Virus record (IMG/VR): IMGVR_UViG_3300017903_000887
Location: 1 to 44,336 of that record
Strand: one strand, 5' to 3'
Source of the DNA: a virus
Taxonomy: Duplodnaviria > Caudoviricetes
Length of the DNA stretch: 44,336 bases
This document shows positions 25,627 to 35,564 of the stretch, in pieces. The notes under the pieces were generated by a model, which had not been told where the DNA came from, made no database searches, and saw nothing but the letters and a program-made list of their open reading frames with translations. Both the position numbers and the translations under genes were made by a program. Within the stretch, counting starts at the first letter, position 1, and the number at the start of each line of letters is the position of its first letter.

Positions 25627-27171
25627 ATGCCAGAACTAACACACTTACCGTGTCCTGATACTGATTGTGGTAGCAGTGATGCATATTCTTTCAACACGGA
25701 CAAAGGGGTAGGCTTCTGCTTTGCTTGCGGTAATTCTTTCTTTGACCAACACGAACCTAAAAGGAGATCTAGTAAAGATATGGCGTTCGATAACTCAAGT
25801 TCAAGTAACCACGAATACTTACCTCTGAGGGGTATTCAAGTAAATACTATGGAATTTTATGATGTTCGTAGTTACAGAGATGAAAAAGGTGATGTAGTTA
25901 AACAGGAGTATATTTACCCCTCTGGCGGTAAGAAAATCCGTGTAATGCCTAAGACCTTTTCTGCTCAAGGTTTGTCTCAGGACGAACTGTTTGGCATGAA
26001 TCTCTTTGCAGCAGGTAGTGCTAAAATCGTAACCATCACTGAGGGCGAACTGGACGCTCTCTCAGCGTACCAAATGCTAAACGTGAGGGGTACTAACCCT
26101 GTAGTGTCTTTGCCCTCTGCTACGCCCTCTAAGAGGCTCTGGGAGAAGTGTAAGCCGTGGTTAGATAGTTTTGAGAAGATTGTACTGAGCATTGATAATG
26201 ACTCTGCTGGTAACGCTATCGCTCAAAAGATCTTCAATATGTTCCCTAACAAGACTTACAGGGTTCCTCACGACAAATACAAAGACGCTAATGAATTTCT
26301 TACGGACAATGCTGACCGCGACTTCACTAATGCGTGGTGGAACGCTAAGAAATATACCCCCGAGAATATTCTAAATACGGCTGACCAGTTTGTAGATCTC
26401 TTCAGAGAGGCTCCTAACTATTCTTACGTACCTACAGGCATTGAAGCCTTAGATGACAAGATCATGGGTCTCATGCAGGGTCACTTTACTGTGATCAAAG
26501 CTCCTACTGGTATCGGTAAGACAGAGGTTATGCGGTACTTAGAGTACAATATGATTAAGCGTGGCGTACCTTTTGCCTCATGGCATTTAGAGGAAACTAA
26601 GTTGCGTAGCCTCCTTGGGTTAGTCTCATATCACCTCAATCAGAACCTCACACGTAGGGACATTATTGAGGCTCTTGGCGTACATGATCTTGTCGAGGAT
26701 GCGATTAGGGAAATTACCAAGGGAGAGAAGTTCTACCAATTCTATATGCCTGACGGAACTAATACCGATGACTTCATTGACCAGATCAGGTATCTGACTA
26801 ATGGTTGTGATTGTAAGTATGTATTCTTTGAGCCCATACAGGACGCTGTTGTAGGTGTCAGTGAAGAGTCCAAAGAGCAACAGCTTGCAGACCTATCTAT
26901 CAGGCTCTCTAAGCTTGCTGCAGAGCTCAATATAGGTATTGTGACTATTGCACACACAAATGAAAACGGTGATCCTAAGTACTGTCGTATGATTGGACAA
27001 CGTGCTTCTGTCATCATAGACCTATACCGTGATAAATTAGCTGAAGATGATACTGACAGGAACACAACCCACTTACGTGTTGAGAAGAACAGACCTTGTT
27101 CAGAAGAAGGCCCTGCAGGAACTCTCCTGTTTCATTCAGAGAGCTTCACTCTTGAGGAGACACACACATGA
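25627..27171 (+). CDS. T7 gp4-like primase-helicase
   Basis: Zn finger CPDTDCGSSDA...CFAC, TOPRIM ITEGELDA/DNDSAG/KDANE, Walker A APTGIGKT, VEKNR. Start moved to ATG 25627 on the basis of the SD. Confidence 0.93.
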   Translation: MPELTHLPCPDTDCGSSDAYSFNTDKGVGFCFACGNSFFDQHEPKRRSSKDMAFDNSSSSNHEYLPLRGIQVNTMEFYDVRSYRDEKGDVVKQEYIYPSGGKKIRVMPKTFSAQGLSQDELFGMNLFAAGSAKIVTITEGELDALSAYQMLNVRGTNPVVSLPSATPSKRLWEKCKPWLDSFEKIVLSIDNDSAGNAIAQKIFNMFPNKTYRVPHDKYKDANEFLTDNADRDFTNAWWNAKKYTPENILNTADQFVDLFREAPNYSYVPTGIEALDDKIMGLMQGHFTVIKAPTGIGKTEVMRYLEYNMIKRGVPFASWHLEETKLRSLLGLVSYHLNQNLTRRDIIEALGVHDLVEDAIREITKGEKFYQFYMPDGTNTDDFIDQIRYLTNGCDCKYVFFEPIQDAVVGVSEESKEQQLADLSIRLSKLAAELNIGIVTIAHTNENGDPKYCRMIGQRASVIIDLYRDKLAEDDTDRNTTHLRVEKNRPCSEEGPAGTLLFHSESFTLEETHT

Positions 27172-27446
27172 TTTCTCATGAGGAAAATTTGGGTAAGCTA
27201 ATGTTGGAGTATGAGGTAAATAGTTGTCTTAAAGGTTTAAGAGGACCACTGCCTAACACACCACCCTTAGCTACAAAACATTCAGTGAGTTACGTAAAAG
27301 AAACACTGGAGGTCTTGAAAGGTATGTATGGGGATATCACAGAGCCCTTGATAAGAGAAACTTGTGGACCTATAAGAGAAGAAGTAGTACGTAAGTATCT
27401 ACGTTATGCAAAGGAGATGAAAAATGAAGATCTTGGTAGCCTGTGA
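27168..27446 (+). CDS. Hypothetical protein
   Basis: 92 aa, ATGA-coupled, SD GAGGAG. Confidence 0.6.
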   Translation: MISHEENLGKLMLEYEVNSCLKGLRGPLPNTPPLATKHSVSYVKETLEVLKGMYGDITEPLIRETCGPIREEVVRKYLRYAKEMKNEDLGSL

Positions 27447-28017
27447 ATTTTCGGGTACTGTAAGAGACGCCTTTATAAAGAAAGGCCATGACGCAGTATC
27501 TTGCGATATACTTGATGGAGAGGGAGATGGTCCCCATATTAAAGGAGATGTCTCTAAGGTTATACACAAATATTCTTGGGACATGGTAATAGCTCACCCA
27601 CCTTGTACATACCTCTGTAACTCGGGGGTTAGTTGGTTGCACAAAGACAACAGTAGGTGGGGTAAACTAAAAGATGCTGCTGACTTCTTTAATATGTTCT
27701 TGGATCTACAGGTCACGAAATTGTGTGTAGAGAATCCAATAATGCACAAGTATGCCAAAGAGTTAATTGGTGGAAGGAGGCAGTCTCAGGTTATTCAACC
27801 TTGGATGTTTGGACATCCTGAGCAAAAAGCCACCTGTCTTTGGCTAAGAGGTCTGCCTTTACTTCAACCTACTAACGATGTAAGCGAAGAGCTGAAGAGT
27901 ATGACACCTGCCGAAAGGCAAAAGCTTCATTGGCTTCCTCCCTCTAAAGATAGGTGGAAGCTCCGCAGTAAAACATTCCAAGGCATAGCTGATGCTATGG
28001 CAGAGCAGTGGGGTTGA
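27424..28017 (+). CDS. Short DNA cytosine-C5 methyltransferase-like protein
   Basis: MKILVACEFSG (motif I-like), AHPPCT (IV), VENP (VI), RSKTF.GIA.AMA.QW (X). Confidence 0.7.
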   Translation: MKILVACEFSGTVRDAFIKKGHDAVSCDILDGEGDGPHIKGDVSKVIHKYSWDMVIAHPPCTYLCNSGVSWLHKDNSRWGKLKDAADFFNMFLDLQVTKLCVENPIMHKYAKELIGGRRQSQVIQPWMFGHPEQKATCLWLRGLPLLQPTNDVSEELKSMTPAERQKLHWLPPSKDRWKLRSKTFQGIADAMAEQWG

Positions 28018-28193
28018 AAGTGGAAAAGACTAGTTTTGGGATACCCTTAAAAGAGGTACGCCCTATGGAAAAAGAAGAGCGTCAAAGGGCAAAAGTAAAA
28101 GAGGCTCGTAACACTGTAGGTTTTAATTTATGTGTAAGTTGCGGATGCCCTACACCTAATACGTGGTGTGAGTTTTGTTTAGAGGAAGAGTGA
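28008..28193 (+). CDS. Small hypothetical protein with Zn ribbon
   Basis: CVSCG...WCEFC. The start codon is uncertain. Confidence 0.5.
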   Translation: MGLKVEKTSFGIPLKEVRPMEKEERQRAKVKEARNTVGFNLCVSCGCPTPNTWCEFCLEEE

Positions 28194-28405
28194 TGGATAA
28201 CTATGTGGGCAATTATACCCGTATAAAAGAAGCGGGAATGTATGGACCAGATGAACTTACTGCAATCCTTATGAGCAGTGTCCAGCAAAAAGTTAAAGAG
28301 GTAAAATCCAATGAAGATTTTAAGGACTGGTCTATAGATTTTATCATAAGTGTGTGCTCTACATGCAGTGATAAAGAGAAGGAAGTTTTCGGGAGAGGTA
28401 TCTAA
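28193..28405 (+). CDS. Hypothetical protein
   Basis: ATG overlapping the upstream stop, SD GAGGA. Confidence 0.5.
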   Translation: MDNYVGNYTRIKEAGMYGPDELTAILMSSVQQKVKEVKSNEDFKDWSIDFIISVCSTCSDKEKEVFGRGI

Positions 28406-28406
28406 A

Positions 28407-30242
28407 ATGATCTTTGACATTGAAACAGATGGGCTAGACCCCACTAAGATACACGTCCTGTCTTACTTTGATGGTACAGATGTCAAGCATGTGTTTGATT
28501 ACGATAAGATGAGAGAAGTGCTTATGTCTGCTGACTCTCTGATAGGTCATAATATCATACGCTATGACTTACCTGCTTTGCGTAATATATTAGGGTTTAG
28601 ACCTAATCATGTTCAAAAGGTAGTGGATACTCTCGCCTTGTCTTGGTACATCAACCATGAAAGGGGCAAGCATAACCTAGATAGCTATGGCGAACAGTAC
28701 GGCATACCAAAGCCTGTTGTAGAGGATTGGAACTCCCTTACTCCTGAGGAATACGCACATCGCTGCGACGAGGATGTAAAGATAAATGTCAGGCTGTACA
28801 AAGAGCTGAGCTACAAGATGGGTAAGCTGTACAAAGACCCTAAGGATCTTCAAAAGTGTACTGAGTACTTAACATTCAAGATGCAGTGTGCTGCAGAGCA
28901 AGAGAGATTAGGGTGGCGTATAGACATTGATAAAGCTCGCACTCACTTAGCTCAACTTGAGCAGCTTAAGGGTGAGAAGGTTGAGCAACTTAAGAAGTCT
29001 ATGCCCGAGCAGATTGTATATGGCGAGCGTAAGCGTCCCTCTCAGTGGCTTAATAAGGACGGAAGCCTGAGCTCTAGGGCTATAGGTTGGCAGAACCTGA
29101 TGGATGAGATGTGTTTACCTTACAGCACTGAAAAGGTTAAGGTAGAGATACGACGCATTGAGGCTAACCCAAACTCTATAACTCAGGTTAAGAGCTGGTT
29201 GTTTGGGCTAGGCTGGGAGCCAAAGACTTTCGAGTACCACCGTGACAAAGCTACAGGTGACGAGCGCAGGATTGAGCAGATCCGCAAAGATGGGGAACTC
29301 TGTGAGTCTGTCACAGATCTTAGAGACCGTGACCCTGCAGTCGATGTCCTTGAGGGACTTACCATCATCAACCACCGCTTAGGTATATTTAAGTCTTTTG
29401 TAGAAAGTGAGAACAATGGCTACGTCAGGGCGACTATCGCAGGGTTTACTAACACATTGCGTTTCCGTCATGCTAGACCCTTGGTCAATCTTCCTGCAGT
29501 CGATAAGCCTTGGGGAGCAGAGATCCGTGGATGTCTTATTGCTCCTGATGGATATGTGTTATGTGGTGCAGATATGGTATCGTTGGAGGATACAACGAAG
29601 CGTCATTACATGAAGCCTCACGATCCTGATTACGTCGAAGAGATGTCAAGAGATGGGTTTGACCCTCACCTCGACCTTGCTCGACACGCAGGTAAAATTA
29701 CGCAGGATGATATCGACAGACACGTATCAGGTGAGGTTAGCCTCAAGTCTCTGCGTAAGAAATATAAAGTGGTAAACTACTCGGCAACATATGGCGTAGG
29801 TTCTACTAAGTTGTCTCGTACAATGGGCATACCTCAGTCTGAAGCACAGAGTATGCTAGAGGCTTTCTGGGACCGTAACTGGGCTATACAGACTGCTGCA
29901 GATAACTGTAAAGTACGTGAGGTTAACGGAGGTACATGGCTCTTAAATCCAGTCTCAGGTATCTACCACTCACTGCGTTACGAGAAGGACCGCTTCAGTA
30001 CCCTTAATCAATCCACTGGGGTATGGTGCTTTGATAATTGGGTATGTACTTGTCGTGAAGGTGGGATCAGGGTTGTAGGTCAATTCCACGATGAGATTAT
30101 TGCCCTTGTGAAGAAAGGAGATGAGAAAAAGACTGAAGATTTAATGGGATACGCTATCTCGCAAACTAATGCTGCAGTTAAGCTTAATGTAGCTCTAGGT
30201 ATAGACTACAGCTTTGGTAAAAATTATTCAGAAATACACTGA
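28407..30242 (+). CDS. Family A DNA polymerase with 3'-5' exonuclease
   Basis: ExoI FDIETDG, ExoII GHNIIRYD, ExoIII RCDEDV. Motif A GADMVSLE, motif B RKKYKVVNYSATYG, motif C FHDE. Confidence 0.95.
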   Translation: MIFDIETDGLDPTKIHVLSYFDGTDVKHVFDYDKMREVLMSADSLIGHNIIRYDLPALRNILGFRPNHVQKVVDTLALSWYINHERGKHNLDSYGEQYGIPKPVVEDWNSLTPEEYAHRCDEDVKINVRLYKELSYKMGKLYKDPKDLQKCTEYLTFKMQCAAEQERLGWRIDIDKARTHLAQLEQLKGEKVEQLKKSMPEQIVYGERKRPSQWLNKDGSLSSRAIGWQNLMDEMCLPYSTEKVKVEIRRIEANPNSITQVKSWLFGLGWEPKTFEYHRDKATGDERRIEQIRKDGELCESVTDLRDRDPAVDVLEGLTIINHRLGIFKSFVESENNGYVRATIAGFTNTLRFRHARPLVNLPAVDKPWGAEIRGCLIAPDGYVLCGADMVSLEDTTKRHYMKPHDPDYVEEMSRDGFDPHLDLARHAGKITQDDIDRHVSGEVSLKSLRKKYKVVNYSATYGVGSTKLSRTMGIPQSEAQSMLEAFWDRNWAIQTAADNCKVREVNGGTWLLNPVSGIYHSLRYEKDRFSTLNQSTGVWCFDNWVCTCREGGIRVVGQFHDEIIALVKKGDEKKTEDLMGYAISQTNAAVKLNVALGIDYSFGKNYSEIH

Positions 30243-30250
30243 TGCAACAC

Positions 30251-30280
30251 TTGACATCAGCGTCCTGGATATTATATGGT
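30251..30280 (+). promoter_or_regulatory. Sigma70-type promoter upstream of the SSB gene
   Basis: TTGACA-N18-TATGGT (or N16-TATATG) in the intergenic gap. Confidence 0.5.
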
Positions 30281-30311
30281 AACGACATCTTAGCTAAAAG
30301 GAGAAAATAAG

Positions 30312-30797
30312 ATGGCTAAACGTAAGTCGAAGACAATCATCATGGATGGTTACGTTAAATGGGCACGTCTAACACAAGCCGACATGGATACAAAATTTGA
30401 TCCACGTGGTAAGTTTACTGCAGAGTTTTATCCCGAAACTCACGAAGAGCTCGACAAAGCTTTAGATGAAGCAGAAGCCCGAGGGAAAGATCTTACTGTC
30501 AAAGACCCACATGACGGGGAAGGTTATGGTATCGGTAAGTTCATCAAGATTGTTCGTAATAATGTGAATAATACTATTGAGGAGCTTGGAGGTCCACCCG
30601 AAGTTGTTCGCTTAGATGAAGATGGTAACATGGAGCCTTGGAGCTTTGACGAGGATGGTCTCGTTGGTAACGGCTCTAAAGTTCGTGTTAAGTTAGACTT
30701 CTACGGCGAAGGCAGGTTTGCAGGTAGTCGCCTTGCTAAGATTGGCGTAATGGAGCACGTACCTTACGCCCCAGAAGCCAAAGCATCTGGTTTCTAA
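30312..30797 (+). CDS. ssDNA-binding protein (T7 gp2.5-like)
   Basis: G.VKWARL...LVGNGSKVRV...RL..IGVMEHVPY with a C-terminal Phe. Strong SD, after the polymerase. Confidence 0.7.
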   Translation: MAKRKSKTIIMDGYVKWARLTQADMDTKFDPRGKFTAEFYPETHEELDKALDEAEARGKDLTVKDPHDGEGYGIGKFIKIVRNNVNNTIEELGGPPEVVRLDEDGNMEPWSFDEDGLVGNGSKVRVKLDFYGEGRFAGSRLAKIGVMEHVPYAPEAKASGF

Positions 30798-30802
30798 CTA
30801 AT

Positions 30803-30820
30803 GGCCCCCTTCGGGGGGCC
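30803..30820 (+). terminator. GC hairpin with C(UUCG)G loop after the SSB gene
   Basis: GGCCCCC-TTCG-GGGGGCC. The U-tail is weak, so it may be a partial terminator or mRNA stabiliser. Confidence 0.6.
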
Positions 30821-30837
30821 TAACTTAAGAGGGTAGC

Positions 30838-31023
30838 ATGACCAAACTGGTAATTGAAATTAGCGAAGACGACGAGTATGATCACAACAGGTCTATGAAA
30901 TTTACTCAGCATATCCTCACAACAGAGGATTTTGAGTATGCTTGTGTAAAGGCAGGACTTGCTTGGGGCTTCGATGAACCGTTCTTTGATCACTGCGTAG
31001 TAAAGGAAATGACTGAAGGATGA
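30838..31023 (+). CDS. Hypothetical protein
   Basis: 61 aa with SD GAGG. Confidence 0.55.
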   Translation: MTKLVIEISEDDEYDHNRSMKFTQHILTTEDFEYACVKAGLAWGFDEPFFDHCVVKEMTEG

Positions 31024-31709
31024 TACTTATTGATGGCGACATAATAGCCTATAGGTGTGCTTTTGGTTCTAAAAACCATCGTTTAGTAGAAGCTCTTGAT
31101 GCAGTGGATGAACTTATATACTACATCTTGGATGAGTGTTCTTTTAAGACGGGTAACAAGGATCATAAGATCTATCTTACTGGTGGCGGTAACTTTAGGA
31201 ACGAGTTTGCTAAGACTGCCGTGTATAAAGGTAACAGAAAGTCTGCAGAAAAACCTGCTCACCTCGCTGGCATAAGAGAGCACTTGCAAGAGGTCTGGTG
31301 GGCAGAGGTCTCTATGGGAGAGGAAGCAGATGACCTGATAGCGAAGGCTGCTACAAAGTTTGGTAAAGATGTAGTTATAGCCTCTGTCGATAAAGACATG
31401 CTACAGATACCTGCTTACCATTTCAACATAACCAAGGCAACTTGGAAAAAAGTAAGGCAACATGAAGGTTTGCATTACTTTTATACCCAAATCCTTACTG
31501 GCGACAGTGCTGATAACATCATAGGTCTTTATAATATTGGCCCTAAGAAAGCTGAAAAGATTCTGGAGGGAGCTTCCACAGAAGAAGAGCTTTGGGATAA
31601 AGCAGTTAAGGCTTATGAAGGAGATGAAGAGCGGGTAGTGGAAAATGCTAGGCTCTTGTGGCTCCGTAGATACGAGGGAGAGATATGGCAACCACCTCAT
31701 ATGCGCTAA
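31020..31709 (+). CDS. 5'-3' exonuclease (T7 gp6/RNase H-like)
   Basis: LIDGD, NFR...YKGNRK, EADD, SVDKD, GDSADNI.G...IGPKKA. Confidence 0.92.
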   Translation: MILIDGDIIAYRCAFGSKNHRLVEALDAVDELIYYILDECSFKTGNKDHKIYLTGGGNFRNEFAKTAVYKGNRKSAEKPAHLAGIREHLQEVWWAEVSMGEEADDLIAKAATKFGKDVVIASVDKDMLQIPAYHFNITKATWKKVRQHEGLHYFYTQILTGDSADNIIGLYNIGPKKAEKILEGASTEEELWDKAVKAYEGDEERVVENARLLWLRRYEGEIWQPPHMR

Positions 31710-32068
31710 AATATGGGTACAGGTCAGGCTTAGAGAAAGCTGTAGCTGCTGATCTAAAAGAACGTGAGGTTGCTTATGAATATGAAACTGTTAAACTGCC
31801 TTACGAAGTTAAAGAGACTAGGGTTTATACACCTGACTTCATCCTGCCTAACGGCATAATAGTAGAGACAAAAGGGAGGTTTACTACTGCGGACAGGAAA
31901 AAGCATCTGTTGATACAGAGGCAACACCCTTTGATAGATATAAGATTCGTCTTTCAAAACCCTCGGGTTAAGATCTACAAAGGTTCTAAAACAACATATG
32001 CGGATTGGTGTGATAAGCATGAGTTCGTTTGGGCTTCAAAAAGGATACCAAAAGAATGGACAAGTTAG
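31685..32068 (+). CDS. Endonuclease I / Holliday junction resolvase (T7 gp3-like)
   Basis: YRSGLE, YTPDF.LPNGIIVETKG.F...DRKKH, DIRFVF. Confidence 0.93.
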   Translation: MATTSYALKYGYRSGLEKAVAADLKEREVAYEYETVKLPYEVKETRVYTPDFILPNGIIVETKGRFTTADRKKHLLIQRQHPLIDIRFVFQNPRVKIYKGSKTTYADWCDKHEFVWASKRIPKEWTS

Positions 32069-32337
32069 ATTTTCAAAGAGTGCTGGATGAGAAGCTTTCG
32101 GAACTAGGAACTTCCATAGAAGAGCCTAGGACGATTGTGCATTGGGCCAATCCCACTATCAAGAAGGGTTATGTTGATGAAGATTATCCTGATAACTACT
32201 ACATCGAAGCGAAGACAGAGTATGGAGATTGGTTCTTCGAGGATGAAAAGCTTGTTGCCGCCGATGACAGTGATGTCACAGGCTTAATGAAAATCGTCAG
32301 GCACTTCAAAGTTTCAATAGAACCCTTGGTGATCTAA
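32056..32337 (+). CDS. Hypothetical protein
   Basis: Acidic 93-aa ORF in the operon. Confidence 0.55.
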   Translation: MDKLDFQRVLDEKLSELGTSIEEPRTIVHWANPTIKKGYVDEDYPDNYYIEAKTEYGDWFFEDEKLVAADDSDVTGLMKIVRHFKVSIEPLVI

Positions 32338-33132
32338 ATGTACGTATCAAACACCCGACCGACCACTGCGATTGTTTTCTCTTGCGCTCATGCAGACCCC
32401 TCAGTGGGAAATGAGAGATTCCAGTGGTTAGGAGAATTGATCTACGACATAAACCCGACTTATGTTATAGATCTTGGAGATGGGGCTGATATGAAGTCCC
32501 TTAACAGCTACGATAGTAGAAACCCTCAATCCATTGTAACTCAAAACTATCAGGCAGATATTGATGTCTACAATGACTCTCAGGAAAAGCTTAGGGCTAA
32601 GAGTAATATTCGTAAGTACAAGAAACCTGTCTGGATAGGCTTTGAGGGCAATCATGAGAATCGTATCAAGAAAGCTATACAACATGACCCTAGAGTTGAG
32701 GGGGATCGTTACGGCATTTCTTTTAGCCACTTACAGACAGATCACTGGTTTGATGAATATCATGAATATGCTAACTCGGCCCCATCCCTCGTTCACTATG
32801 ATGGCGTACTCTATGGTCATTATGTTTCTAGTGGCAATTTTGGTACTGCTATGTCAACTAAACATCATGGCTATTCTCTTGTTGAAAAGCTGGCCTGTTC
32901 TGCAACTGTCGGTCATAGCCATAAATTCCATTACTATCATAAAGCTGACGCTTGTCCTTATCCGATCAATGGGCTTGTGGTTGGTTGTTACAAAGGTAAA
33001 GAGGAACAGTGGGCTGGACAAGCTAACCGAGAGTGGCGTCACGGAGTGGTCATTAAAAGGCAAGTGAGCAATGGTAATTACGATATGCAATGGGTTTCTC
33101 TATCTTCTTTAGAGAAGGAATATGGAAGGTGA
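32338..33132 (+). CDS. Calcineurin-like metallophosphoesterase
   Basis: CAH, LGDGAD, GNHE and GHSH motifs. Confidence 0.85.
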   Translation: MYVSNTRPTTAIVFSCAHADPSVGNERFQWLGELIYDINPTYVIDLGDGADMKSLNSYDSRNPQSIVTQNYQADIDVYNDSQEKLRAKSNIRKYKKPVWIGFEGNHENRIKKAIQHDPRVEGDRYGISFSHLQTDHWFDEYHEYANSAPSLVHYDGVLYGHYVSSGNFGTAMSTKHHGYSLVEKLACSATVGHSHKFHYYHKADACPYPINGLVVGCYKGKEEQWAGQANREWRHGVVIKRQVSNGNYDMQWVSLSSLEKEYGR

Positions 33133-33281
33133 GAGATAGAACCTACGAGGAAGTCCTTGATATGATAGAAGCTTATGGTTACGAAAGGATATTAGAGGAC
33201 TTCCAAACGGACAAGGTTAACGCCTTGATGATACTGGATGAATTGGGTTATGTTGACCTAGAGGTATATGAAGATGATTAG
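33129..33281 (+). CDS. Small acidic hypothetical protein
   Basis: GTG overlapping the upstream TGA, 50 aa. Confidence 0.5.
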   Translation: MRDRTYEEVLDMIEAYGYERILEDFQTDKVNALMILDELGYVDLEVYEDD

Positions 33282-33633
33282 TAAAGACGATATAGAAGCA
33301 TTCATGAAAATGGAGGAGTTCTATGACTTTGACGAATACCAAAAGAAAGCACTTGCTTATGCTATCTATGATCGTAAGTATCGTGTGGTCTACCCTTCTC
33401 TGGGTCTTGCTAGTGAAGCTGGGGAAGTGGCAGATAAGGTAAAGAAATGGATTAGGGATGGCACTGTAGATAAAGCAGCAATCTCTAAGGAACTTGGGGA
33501 TGTTCTCTGGTACATTGCTGTACTTGCAAACGACCTAGGTTTCCCGTTGTCAGAAGTGGCAAAGGTAAATCTAGATAAACTGGATAAACGACAAAAAAAT
33601 GGAACCATAAAAGGAAGTGGAGATAATAGATGA
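33268..33633 (+). CDS. mazG: MazG-like nucleotide pyrophosphohydrolase
   Basis: LGLASEAGEVADKVKK...KELGDVLWY...N..KL..R...GSGDNR. Confidence 0.9.
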   Translation: MKMISKDDIEAFMKMEEFYDFDEYQKKALAYAIYDRKYRVVYPSLGLASEAGEVADKVKKWIRDGTVDKAAISKELGDVLWYIAVLANDLGFPLSEVAKVNLDKLDKRQKNGTIKGSGDNR

Positions 33634-35396
33634 GAAACTCATATGGGCCAACCTTACCGATTAGTGAAGAGATTCACGCAATGAAGTACAGAGCCCCTAA
33701 TGAAAGCTTTGAGGAAGCTATGAATAGGGTTGCTTATGCTTTAAAAGACGATGAAGAGCACTACTTAAATTTTAAAGACATTCTGTTAGAACAAAAGTTC
33801 TTACCTGCAGGACGTGTGCAATCCTCTATGGGGTCTCCTCGTCAGGTCACCCCTTACAACTGCTTCGTCTCAGAGACTGTAGAAGATAGCATGGACGGTA
33901 TCATGGGTGCAGCCAGAGATGCTGCTCAGACTATGAGACTTGGTGGAGGCATCGGTTACGACTTCTCCACGCTTCGACCTAAAGGGGCTATGATTAAGTC
34001 ACTAGACAGTCGCTCTAGTGGTCCTATCAGCTTTATGGGAATCTTTGATAGTATCTGTAAAACTATATCTAGCGCAGGTCACAGGCGCGGAGCTCAAATG
34101 GGTGTCTTGCGCGTAGATCACCCTGACATCGAAGAGTTTATCAGGGCTAAAAACAACAGCACTGAGCTTACTCAGTTTAACATCTCTGTAGGTGTCACTG
34201 ACAAGTTTATGGAAGCTGTTAAATCTGACGATGACTTTAATCTTACTTTCAGGGGAAGAGTCTACAAGACAGTAAAAGCTAGGGCTCTTTGGGACGATAT
34301 CCTCAGATCTACTTGGGACTGGGCAGAGCCAGGGATTCTGTTTATTGACCGTATTAACCGTAAGAATAACCTCTGGTACTGTGAAACTATCTCAGCTACA
34401 AATCCTTGCGGAGAGCAGCCACTGCCCCCTAATGGTGCTTGCTTGCTTGGGTCTTTCAACCTGACTAGGTACATAAAGATGGGCTCACACGGGTTTAGAG
34501 TGTTTGATATGGATATGTTCCGACATGACATCCCTATCGTAGTCAGAGCTATGGATAATGTAGTAGATCGCGCTGTTTATCCTCTTGAGGCACAGAAGAA
34601 GGAAGCTGAAAATAAAAGGCGTATGGGCTTGGGCCTCACTGGTGTAGCTAACGCCCTAGAAGCCCTAGGTTATCCCTATGGCAAGCCAAGGTTCCTTAAA
34701 GAGCTTTCTACAATCATGCAAGCCTTGAGAGACACTGCCTACCGTACCTCTATCTCCCTAGCAATAGAGAAAGGAGCATTCCCTCTATATAACAATAACT
34801 ACCTTACAAGTGAGTTTGCGCTAACACTTCCAAAAGATATTCGTCAGGATATTAAGACATACGGTATCCGTAATTCTCACCTACTCTCTATTGCACCTAC
34901 AGGAACTATATCCCTTTCTGCTGACAATATCAGCTCTGGTATTGAGCCTGTATTTAGTCACTACTATGATCGCACTATTCAAACCTTTGAAGGTCCGAGA
35001 GTGGAGAGAGTAGAAGACTACGGCTACAGGGAGTTTGGAGTAAAAGGTAAGACTGCCGATGAACTATCTGTGTTTGACCACGTAGAGGTTCTTAACGCTG
35101 CCTCTAAATACGTGGATAGCGCTTGCTCCAAAACCTGTAATGTAGGGGATGATATAAGTTGGGAAGAATTTAAGGGTGTCTATATGGCTGCTTACGAAGG
35201 AGGAGCTTCTGGTTGCACTACCTTCAGGGCTTCTGGTAAACGGTATGGTATACTTAATTCTGCTGCATCTGAAGATATTGCAGAAGAGCCAGAAAAACAG
35301 CTTGACTTATTTGTTGATGAGGATGTAAAACCTGTAATCACAGAGGGAGGAGCTTGTTACTTTGATCCTTCCACAGGTTTACGTAGTTGCGAATAG
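33630..35396 (+). CDS. nrdJ: Class II (adenosylcobalamin-dependent) ribonucleotide reductase
   Basis: PAGR, NCF, RRGAQM, TNPCGEQPL, CLLGS, IAPTGTIS and a C-terminal Cys pair. No beta-subunit gene is present in the genome. Confidence 0.88.
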   Translation: MRNSYGPTLPISEEIHAMKYRAPNESFEEAMNRVAYALKDDEEHYLNFKDILLEQKFLPAGRVQSSMGSPRQVTPYNCFVSETVEDSMDGIMGAARDAAQTMRLGGGIGYDFSTLRPKGAMIKSLDSRSSGPISFMGIFDSICKTISSAGHRRGAQMGVLRVDHPDIEEFIRAKNNSTELTQFNISVGVTDKFMEAVKSDDDFNLTFRGRVYKTVKARALWDDILRSTWDWAEPGILFIDRINRKNNLWYCETISATNPCGEQPLPPNGACLLGSFNLTRYIKMGSHGFRVFDMDMFRHDIPIVVRAMDNVVDRAVYPLEAQKKEAENKRRMGLGLTGVANALEALGYPYGKPRFLKELSTIMQALRDTAYRTSISLAIEKGAFPLYNNNYLTSEFALTLPKDIRQDIKTYGIRNSHLLSIAPTGTISLSADNISSGIEPVFSHYYDRTIQTFEGPRVERVEDYGYREFGVKGKTADELSVFDHVEVLNAASKYVDSACSKTCNVGDDISWEEFKGVYMAAYEGGASGCTTFRASGKRYGILNSAASEDIAEEPEKQLDLFVDEDVKPVITEGGACYFDPSTGLRSCE

Positions 35397-35405
35397 GAGA
35401 TTGCA

Positions 35406-35564
35406 ATGGAAAATCAACTTCCACCTCACCTCACTCAATACTTAGAGAACATAGGGGTTTTAGATAGCCCCTTACTCTCTGAGCAAGAGGAGTTAGTAGA
35501 TCCCAGAGAGTTCTGGAGTGGCCCTGTTACCCTGTTAGATGAAAACGGGGAACCTACGTTTTGA
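35406..35564 (+). CDS. 52-aa acidic hypothetical protein (not in ORF track)
   Basis: SD AGGAG then MENQLPPHLTQYLENIGVLDSPLLSEQEELVDPREFWSGPVTLLDENGEPTF*. It fills the gap and overlaps the next start. Confidence 0.6.
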   Translation: MENQLPPHLTQYLENIGVLDSPLLSEQEELVDPREFWSGPVTLLDENGEPTF

